DNA of 31,407 nucleotides from Ancylonema sp. Lineage: Eukaryota. The notes below the pieces were generated by a model. That model was not told where the DNA came from. It ran no database searches and worked only from the letters and a program-made list of their open reading frames with translations. The position numbers and the translations under genes are program-made. Position 1 is the stretch's first letter; every line of letters starts with the position of its first letter. The stretch covers positions 62,001 through 93,407 of the forward strand of contig JBFLGF010000079.1 of NCBI GenBank assembly GCA_050230475.1, read 5' to 3'. Below are positions 1-8,718 of the stretch, piece after piece.

Positions 1-1704
1 CCCATCTGCGACCGTCCGTGGCGGTAGGGGGAGGAGGGAAAGGTGGCTGCGTCCAACCCCGTGCCCATGGAGGGGTGGCGGGTATTGGACTCGCCCTCCC
101 CCCGCCCTGTGAAGCAGTATACATTCACTTTGGTGCGCCGCAGCTCTCCTGGCAGCAGTTCCATGCTCAGCGCCTCCGCCATTTGCTGCAACCCCCCCCC
201 CCACCCCATCACTCCCTGTACCCCTTGACCACTGGACCACTGTTTTTGAGGGGGTTGGGCACCTCACCTTGAGCTGCGAGGCTGTTTGCGGCTGGCCATC
301 CCCATGCCCCGCGCTGTCGCTCCTGCGGGAGGAGCGGTCGCCGTCGGGGTCCGCCAGGTGGTGGAGGCCCTCCATGGTGCGCTCCAGCAGCATGGCGCGC
401 AGCTCATCCACGATGTCCTTCAGGGGCTGCGAGTCGAAGGGGTGCAGCACCGTCTCGAAGTAGTCCAGCTCCAGTGACAGCTGGCAGAAGGCGTTGGCGT
501 CCAGCTGCTGCAGGTCGTGGTGCTGCAGCGCCACCTGGTGCAGCGCGTCCATCAGCCCGTCTGCCAGCATGTTGATGGCGCGCTCTACAAAGGGGCGGCA
601 GCCCGCGTACACCTCCGCGTGCACCGCCACCAGGGGGTGCATCAGCTCCAGCGCCGAGTCGCGCAGCCCCTTCACAGGCGGAGCGGTTACCCATGAGGTG
701 CCGTCCTCCAGAAAGTATTTGATGACGGCCATGCCCAGGTGCCCCGCCTTGATGTCCACGTACTTGTCACCCACCGCTGTCTCCAGCGCCACAAACTGCT
801 TCTCCACCTCGCTCACCATCTGTTCCACCTCCCGACTGTCCTCCCCCTCCACCCACAGCTGCCGGTAGCGCTCCAGACGCTGCGGACAGATGGCGGTGCG
901 GCAGAACCCCGCGTTGCTCAGCAGCATCAGGATGCGCTGGTCGACGCTGGACCCCTGGACGCCTGCCTGGAGGCCCGCGTAGGCGCCAGCTGCTGCATCC
1001 CCGTTGGCAGCGGCTGCCTGCGCTGGGTCTCCGGAGGCATCCTCTCCCCCCTCCTGCCCCACCCCCGGCGCCAGGGGCAGCTGTATTGCCATCTTCTCGA
1101 GGCAGTGGCAGAAGTCGGAGAAGGAGTCCGAGAAGGTCGTTTTCATGCTGTCCAGCAGCGAGTGCAGCCCCTGCGTGTGCGCCTGGGGGTCGTCCTCCCG
1201 CATCCCTATCAGGACGTCGCGCATGTGGTCGAGCGCGTTCCCGAGGGCATCGCGGAAGTGGAGGGGGTAGGCAGAGATGGCGTACGGCGTCTCCCCCCGT
1301 TCCGCGGTGGCCGCAGGCACCCACTCCGCCCCGCCTGCCAGCTCCACCGCCGCTCCCCGGGTGATGTAGCACACGCGGCGCACAAAGCGGCGGGTGACTT
1401 CCAGGCGCAGGTGCTGCAGGGCAGTGAGGGCCTGGGGGGGCGCAGAGTCGCGCTGCTTGAGGGTGTGGCAGAGGTGGGCCACCTGCGCCACTGCCGCTTT
1501 CAGGTACGGCCGCAGCTCCACTGCGTGCTCCAGCTGCGTGAGGGCTTGCACCACCTTGGTCTCATACACCCCGATCATGCCCACCACCATCACCGCCACC
1601 TCCTCCGTGCTGTGCTTCATGTACCCCTTGGTGCTCTCAAACGCGCCAAACTTCCCGCCAAAGATGGCCAGCGCCAGCTTCCAGAATCGCGGCAGGTGCT
1701 GCGT
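1..1704. repeat. Block apparently identical to 16493-18196 (3' part of SEC5, offset 16492)
   Basis: ORF track gives identical translations at offset 16492 (43/16535, 404/16896, 767/17259, 1086/17578). First mismatch seen at 1705 (G) versus 18197 (C). Confidence 0.9.
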
Positions 1705-3756
1705 GAGAACCGCAGTGAGGCGCTTGATGAGGCGCGCGTGCAGCTGGTCCGCCTCCACGTCGTGCGCCACCTCTTGCGCGGAGTCGAGCAGAGAGGCGTT
1801 GGTGGCGAGCAGCAGCGTGAGGTCCACTTCCGACCCCGCCACCGCCTCCACCTGGATGTGCTTCCAGCGCTGGCTGGCCTGCTGCTTCTCGCGCGTCTTG
1901 CGGTGGAGGGCCTCCAGCCGCTGCGCATGCTCCGCGCTGCACCCCTCCAGCAGCCCGCGGATGCGGCGGTCCTGCACCGCCAGGTAGTGCCAGATGGGGT
2001 CCGATTCCGCGTCCAGCTCCAGCAGCAGCCGGATCTTGTTCTCCACCTCGGGCAGCTCCGCCTCCGGGTCCGCCATCTGCGCATACAGCACCTCCTTGAA
2101 CTCGCCCACCACCTTCGCAACCTCCTCCAGGACGCGCTTCAAGATGCCGGACTGCGGACGGGGCAGGGCGAGGCAGAGGGGCGTGAGGTGGGGGGGAGGG
2201 AGGGGGGGCGGGGGGATGGGGGGGGGGTGAGGGGTGCTGACGTGGGGGGGGAAGTTGAGGGACTTCGCTTTGATGGCCTCGTGCACTGCGCTGTCGTACT
2301 CCCCCTTAAGGACGAAGGTGCGGATGACGCTGGGGAGGTTGAAGAGCGTGCGGAAGCGCTGCAGCAGGCCCTGCACGGAGCGGATGCGCTCCACCTGCGC
2401 CTGCCGCTCCAGCAGCGGACTGAAGGCGCGCCTGCCCACCTCGTCGCAGTCGCGCAGGGAGTCGCGCACCTTGTCCGTGCCGGACCCCGCCATGTCCACC
2501 TCCATCTGCTCCAGCCGACTGTGGATGTCCCGGATGGAGTTCTTGGCGGAGATGAAGACGTCGAAGTGGTCCTTGATGAGCTGCTTGTGCTGCTCCTGGT
2601 GGGAGGACTGGTCCCGCTGCATCACCAGCCGCCCCTTCTCCAGCTCTGCCGCCCCCGTCTCCTTGTGGATGCGCGCCAGGTAGTAGCGCCCGCTGAACTT
2701 TTGGTCGGAGTAGATGATCTTCTCCACCGCCGCCTGCAGGTCGGCTGGGGGCGCCCCCCCCCCGGCCGCTGTTGCGCCTCAGCGCCACAGCCTTGAGGTC
2801 CACGGCACCGAGGCCCAGGGGGTCCATCACCTCCCTCGCCTCCACTTCCATTCCCCCAACAATGCGCCGCAGCGAGGGGGCGGAGGGGACAGAGCCGTGC
2901 GGCAAGCGCATCTCGCGCACCTTTCGCACCAACTGCACCCGCTCGATCGCCGCCCCACTCAGTAAACGCCCCCCACTGTTGCTGCAGGAGTGGGGGACCC
3001 ACCTCTTGCTCATCCACCTCCTCCCAGAGCTCCGGCTCCCCGCTGTTCTCCGACACCGGCTCTGGCTCGACTGCCCCTCGGATGGACATCATGGATGACT
3101 GGCGGACAGTGGGGGGAGCTCGGGCGGCAGCCTGCCCACGCATCACACGTGTCTCTTGCCGGTCTAAAGCAGCCTGGAGGGGGGCGGAGGGGGGGAGTGT
3201 GGCCATGAGGGAGGAGAATGAAGGGCCCATTCTGACACAACACACAACACACACAACTCACTCTTCGTGTGGGCTCCACCTCATCCTCAGAGGACACCCC
3301 GAGCGATTCTTCGTCAGTGTCATCATCATCCTCCCCTCCACCGCCGCTTGGCTTGGAAGGCACCTGTGGCAGAGACTGTAATTTTTTTAACACAGCAACC
3401 GCCGCGGGAACCGGTATCGCCGCGGGAACCGGTAACGCAGTTTTGGGCGGGAGGGCAGGGGGCTTTGATGTGCTTCCGCCCCCCGCCCCCTTCGAACTCT
3501 TATTTGATTTCCTTCCAACTGTCCCGGTAATTCCACGGAGCTTTCCTAGATATCCCCCCTGCTTTTTATCGGGAGTGGGTCGCGGAGGGGAGTCGTCTCG
3601 AACGTCCAGTTTCGCCATCTGGTGACGGAAAAATTCATCCTCCTCCAGCTCCTGCGCGCTCCCTCCTCCACCTTTTCCTTTCTTTCCAACATCTTGGTTC
3701 CCTTCCAAACGCGCCATTTGAATGCGGAAGAAGGCCTCCTCCTCATCGTCGCTCAT
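1..3756 (-). pseudogene. SEC5: Exocyst component SEC5/EXOC2, copy 1; runs off the left edge just before its stop; +1 frameshift in exon 3
   Basis: Exons by GT-AG and comparison with copy 2: 3756-3262, 3173-3003, 2932-2242, 2151-268, 185-<1. Sec5-type motifs LIKDHFDVFISAKNS, RFRTLFNLP, ESDPIWHYL, QRILMLLSNAGFCR, FCQLSLELDYFETVL. Exon 3 is 691 nt versus 690 in copy 2 because of a 10-C run at 2754-2763 (T+8C in copy 2). This could be a real lesion or a homopolymer sequencing error. Confidence 0.85.
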
Positions 3757-4012
3757 CGTGGCAGGTCAAGGGGTATGCCAATGCAGAGGAAAGTACGTGA
3801 TGATGATTGCAATGCGATGCTGGCTTTCAGCTGGATGTGTGACCAATCATACAGCGATGTCTAATCTACCACGGGAGCGGAACAGGCAAAACTGCGGCCA
3901 CTCGCAGCTAGAACATGTAGCAGAGCTGGACCAGATGCGGGCCGGGAGTCTGCCCTCTATCTGCCATGCTCTCTTTTTTGGGGTGTTGGACGAAGGTCGA
4001 TGTCAGTCGTAG

Positions 4013-4135
4013 TACAGTAAACACTCGTTACAGGCACTGAAAAAGTGTGCCTGTAACGAGTTTGTGTCCGGAACGCGGTAATCGCGTTACAGGCACATTT
4101 GCCAGGGGCCCTGGGGCAGATGAGCCTGTAACGAG
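4013..4135 (+). mobile_element. Probable orphan end of a Tc1/mariner (pogo-like) DNA transposon with subterminal palindromes
   Basis: TA followed by CAGTAAACACTCG at 4013-4027. Perfect 15-bp inverted pair ACTCGTTACAGGCAC (4023-4037) / GTGCCTGTAACGAGT (4047-4061). Second pair CGTTACAGGC (4085-4094) / GCCTGTAACG (4124-4133). No matching right end found in the window. Confidence 0.5.
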
Positions 4136-4249
4136 GGAATCTCAACATTTTGCTCTCAGAGGTCGTGAACTTCGTCTGCCATGTTGCTGAAAAAAATCCA
4201 CCGTGAAATATTGTCTTATTTGCTAATTGGAGCTTAAATACTTACAGTG

Positions 4250-5680
4250 GTATCATCTTGTGAACGCCATTGCGTCCTAACACTTAATTGCACAACACTT
4301 AAACACAACTCATTCGCATTAACACAACCACTTGCGAAAACCCATTTGACGAAGTCTCCTATCAAGAAGTAAGTTAAAACAACACCGGAGGAGAAATTGT
4401 TCCTATACTCGTTTCACATCTGAATCTTGGAACCCTATCCAAAGTTGTGACCTTGCCTCGGCGGTAAGTCTAATCCAAAGCAACATTTGACTAAGACCCT
4501 CGATCCTAGTGAAACGAACAAATCTAACCCGTCAAATTCCAATCAACTAAGATTGAGTCCACGCGCGCCAAGTTCGCCACGACATCACCAACACATTTGT
4601 TTGACACATGCCATCACAAACTAACTTGTGCAACTAACGAACCGAGTACGAACAAAAGCAACACGCGTCTCAATTCTAAACACATCCGGCGTCACTGAAA
4701 ACAATCAAAACACCACAAACACCGAATCGCGTCTTTAGACCGGGACGGCATAAGGATTGAATTTCACGAAATTTGAAATTTCAAGCATGGCGCAACTCCC
4801 CGATGTCATCTTCGGGAATGGCATAAGGAATGCTCTTATGGAATATTGTCTTGACCTCGAAATAGTATTCCATAAACACGGTCATACATCAGATGAATAT
4901 TTTACGGTTGTGAAAATGCCTATATAATAGACATCGTACCGTGCATGCCACGCTACCCGATATGATTTTCAATGATGACATGCTCCCCACACTGTATCGT
5001 ACATCTAGCCAACATGACTGATGCTAATATGAGATTAATGCACCCAATTTTGAAGTTTTCTGCAACATAATTGTATATTAATGATGTGTTTATTTTTAGG
5101 TCGGCCAAAGTTGCCGTACTTAGCGATCGCGAATATTTGGTTGATTATTTTGTTTTGGTTTTTCGCGTCTATGACATGAACTGACTTTTGGTTTCGTCTG
5201 AATCAGAATAGTGACACGTGTTGGTATTTGTTGTGCTTTAGTTTAAATGATTGGTAAATCATCAATATGCCAGTAGAATATGTTAGAAGACGGCAGTATG
5301 TGCTCGGCGCGCGTAGACTCAATCTTAGTAGATTTTTCGTTGACGGATCAGATAGCTCGTTCGGTTAATCTAAAGGTCGTTAGTTACAGAATCTGATTTA
5401 GACATGTGGTCTAGCAAAAATCAGAGTTTTGGCTAGACGCTATGAGATTTTCTCACACAATGAGTTTAGGTACGATTCTTCTCAGGTGTTGATTTTATTT
5501 TGATTTTCTGAGAAAGAAGCTTCGTCCAAGTGTTGCGCAAATATGTGTATGTGTTTGAGTATGTGAATGTGTTATTGCGCATTTGAGTAAGTGCAGAGTT
5601 CTGAGTCTGAGTCTGAGTCAAAAGAATTAAAGGGTAGAGTTGAGTGGACGTCGCAATGGCGTCCACACCAATATGATAGG
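4250..5680. repeat. Long degenerate inverted repeat: arms ~4250-4750 and ~5110-5680, spacer ~360 bp
   Basis: Collinear reverse-complement blocks: AATCAACTAAGATTGAGTCCACGCGCGCC (4541-4569) versus GGCGCGCGTAGACTCAATCTTAGTAGATT (~5306-5334); ACGCCATTGCG (~4264) versus CGCAATGGCGT (~5652); GACGAAG and CAACACCGGAGGAGAA (~4348-4395) versus TTCTTCTCAGGTGTTG and CTTCGTC (~5476-5526). Left arm is A/C-rich, right arm G/T-rich. Confidence 0.75.
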
Positions 5681-5974
5681 CATACACCAATTTCCTAAAC
5701 ACCAAAAAAGGGTCACTCGCGCACTATTTCATCTCTTTGCGTTCGATGTGTGCATGAGGTATGTGTCTATATCGTGTGTTTTTTTTTGCTCCGAGAATTG
5801 TGGGTGTACATCCAGTTTGCATTTGGGTGACATTCGGTTTGGTAGAATTGGCCGACGGCGAACGCCGCGAGTACTTCAAAGTGGCTAGTGGGTAATACAT
5901 GAGGGTGGAGCACACAAACCCTCCACCCCGGTTGTCAGTGTCGAATAACCTCTTTCCGATGATGATGCGATGGT

Positions 5975-7054
5975 CCAAAAATCACGCCGCAAACAATGTG
6001 TCGTGCTATCTAGCGTCGTCTACACACACACGTGTAAAGCACCGCTATGACGAATACGCCCGCACGGGCCACCACACTGACGAAAAATTCGACATGTGTC
6101 TCCCCACACGTATGATCACATCAACTACCGTACTCCACCTCACACGTTCGGAATAGTACGTGTTGTACAAGGCAGTACACACATGCATACCCATGCCATG
6201 TGTGCAATTACAATCACACTCACTCACTCATCTACACCATGCACCATCAAGTGCATGTGCACAAATCACATGCATCTAATCCGCCATGTGCGAACGATTC
6301 TAACCAAGAATTTCCCAAAGCAAGGTGATTGCTCGAGTAGTTGTACTTGAGTGTTCGACACTTTGAGATGGGTATAACACTAAATTGTACGGGAAGCTCG
6401 ATCTATCGCCGACCTCGACTGTCGGTAATTATATCAAAGCGTGATCAGGATGCTAAAGCAATGCTAACTAGGAAGCAAATAACGCAATAAAAATCCACAA
6501 ATTATGCAAGGATAACGTTAAATACCACCGGGGTTCACTTTGACACGATAAGCGTCAAAGTGTTACAGAGTGAGAGTGTAAGTTCCTGTTCAGCTGCAGG
6601 GACCGAACGTCACACCACTTGTCATCTCGTGCAAACTATCATGTCCACACGTACGCTAACTGCGTTCAGGGTGATACTTCCCGCCAACTATGCGGGCTGT
6701 GTCATATTGAATTTGACCCCGCCGCTAGGGTCACAAAACTACGTATTGGACCTCAACTGTACGTACTAGCAATTATGCGCGTGCAACATTCGCCAACATA
6801 ACTATACTGCATACCGTACATCAAATGTTTTGTACTAGCAAGTCATCCTCTACAACAATAACAATCCGCTATATCTAGAAACTATTTGCGCCACTACCGC
6901 CTACACCGATTCTTGATTGATTGTGCAACTACCATACAGGCACAAAATCACATATGGATCGACAACTGTCGTTCTATCCAACATCGTCTCTACACACACC
7001 CGTGTGAAGCTTCGCTATAACGCATACACCCGCACGCGCCACTGCATTAACGAA
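5975..7054. repeat. Pair of diverged ~110-bp direct repeats (~5975-6085 and ~6942-7054)
   Basis: TCTACACACACACGTGTAAAGCACCGCTATGACGAATACGCCCGCACGGGCCAC versus TCTACACACACCCGTGTGAAGCTTCGCTATAACGCATACACCCGCACGCGCCAC; upstream TGTCGTnCTATC also shared. Confidence 0.7.
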
Positions 7055-8086
7055 CTCATCGTGATATGAGGGGAGATTTATAATCAGAACGACTTGGATC
7101 ATCCATGATTTCTACGCAAAGAATGACCAAATACCGAACATTGATCACAGATCAAAGTCTGTAGTGAAATTTCAGTTTCGAGCTTTAGCGATACCCATCC
7201 CTTTGAGGTTGAGTGCAACGTTAAAATACCCTCATCGCGGTACTCTCAATCCCCCCCATCATGCAACTACCAAGAATGAGCAGCCATGAGCAGGAGGACG
7301 CACCAAGACGCGGGCCGTACAAGAGCGCCGCCGCCTGAGGCCGTTTGAAAGTGTTTCGTGAGATATATGATGCATCACCAAGATTGCCTGCAACAATGTC
7401 TGCCGTAACTAAACTAAGCGCAAAGCACAAAGCGCATAGAGCAGACACAAGTCTAGCACACAGAGCACTCCCGGCAGGCCCGAGGGAGGTCGAGAGACAA
7501 CCGAAGGGAGTAGGCACGGTGGGTGGGTGGATTGGTGGGTGAACGGGTGGATGGATGGGCGGGCGGATGGCGGTCCACAAGCGTCCCCTCCCAGACTGCG
7601 GTCGCCGCACGGAATTGCGGCGCATCCAGGCGCATACGGGCAAATCCGGGCGACATATGGCGATGGCGGGCGCGATCCGAGATCTCGACAGAGGTCCGAC
7701 GCCGGTCGGAACGTGGCGAACCCCCGTCGACAGTCCGAAAAAGGCCGGAGTAACGAAGTAACGACCTAACGACCTAACGACCACAGGTGCCTTCGCAACA
7801 GTTTCGCGGCTTTGGGATGGGAGTCGCGGAAGGTTCGCTGTCCTTTATTTGACGGTTAGTCGCATCTGCTCTAGCCGGCCGTTCTACCTTATGAATTCAT
7901 ACAGAGGCATTTTAGGCAGCTTTTCATGACGATCGGCAGAATATATTGACGGGACGGTCGGCATCTTTCCTTCGCAATGTGGCCTGACACCGTGCGTGAT
8001 TGACGACCAATGAGGAGTCGTTGAACGACGTCATGACGTCATGACGATGGTATTTGCAGCAGAAAACTCACGGTGGGCCGCACTCA

Positions 8087-8486
8087 GAGTGAAACTTACT
8101 GACACACAGTTCGAGGCGCAGATCGCGGTTCCGGTTCACTGGCAAACCAGTTCAACCGTGCGCACAGTTTTCCGCTTAAAATTACTGACACTGAGTTCGA
8201 AGCCACGTCAGCAAGTATTGTACTCTAAAAAAACGAAGCGAAGCGAACCGCGAAGACACGACGACAATCAAAATATCGATTCAAAATCTGACGCGTCGAA
8301 TTTTAATTGGTAACGGGCTCAGCTGTGCGTCGCACAGCTCGCCAGTAAAGCTGTGTGGGCGCACCTCCAAAACGCGGCTGAGCCGTGCGAAAAATCGGAG
8401 CCGAGCGTCAGTAAGCCGTCAAATATTGCACAGCTCATGGGCGCAAATGAAATGTGGATCGAACTGTGCGTCAGTAAGTTTCACTC
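8087..8486. mobile_element. 400-bp non-autonomous TIR element (MITE), PIF/Harbinger (Tourist)-like
   Basis: 28-bp TIRs matching 27/28: GAGTGAAACTTACTGACACACAGTTCGA (8087-8114) and TCGAACTGTGCGTCAGTAAGTTTCACTC (8459-8486). 3-bp TSD TCA at 8084-8086 and 8487-8489. Internal copies of the TIR core near 8182 and 8405. Superfamily inferred only from the 3-bp TNA TSD. Confidence 0.85.
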
Positions 8487-8718
8487 TCAGGCAAGCTGCA
8501 GCTCTGATCAGGAAACTTGTGGTAAACATTCCCCTCCAGGAAAATCTGGCATACGGTTGTGTCGACTGGAAGTCTCAAACGCGTCTTCTAACGGAAGAAC
8601 GCCACGCATAGAGAGAGAGAGAAAGGAACGAAGGCTCAACCTCGCCTTTCTCTCTTCCGGACTCATACTTCCAAGACGACGTCCAAACGCCACTCGTGGC
8701 TCTGGGCATCCCGCCACC

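Noticed and set aside
2180..2251. G-run cluster as a functional G-quadruplex
   Set aside because: It is the antisense of a C-rich SEC5 intron. Such runs are common in this window and there is no evidence of function.
739..2796. 685-aa + strand ORF and similar long ORFs at 17231-18724, 18486-19448, 22308-24032, 11250-12212 and 13916-14731
   Set aside because: Antisense shadows of GC3-rich SEC5 or PDR exons, with no recognisable domains.
3400..3435. 18-bp tandem duplication in SEC5 copy 1 exon 1 (PVPAAIPVPAAV)
   Set aside because: Ordinary in-frame slippage in a low-complexity, probably disordered N-terminus.
5644..5666. Hairpin GTGGACGTC-GCAAT-GGCGTCCAC as a Helitron 3' end
   Set aside because: No CTRR terminus at the expected distance on either strand, and it lies within the long inverted-repeat arm.
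7221..7784. 187-aa minus-strand ORF, (GGAT/GGGT)n tract and (TAACGACC)n tract
   Set aside because: The ORF is driven by low-complexity sequence (PPIH repeats) with no recognisable family. The tracts are short simple repeats.
4013..8486. CRISPR-like or other prokaryotic repeat-spacer system
   Set aside because: No regularly spaced identical repeats with unique spacers and no cas, TnpB or recombinase ORF recognised. The repeats seen are TIRs, hairpins and microsatellites in a eukaryotic context.
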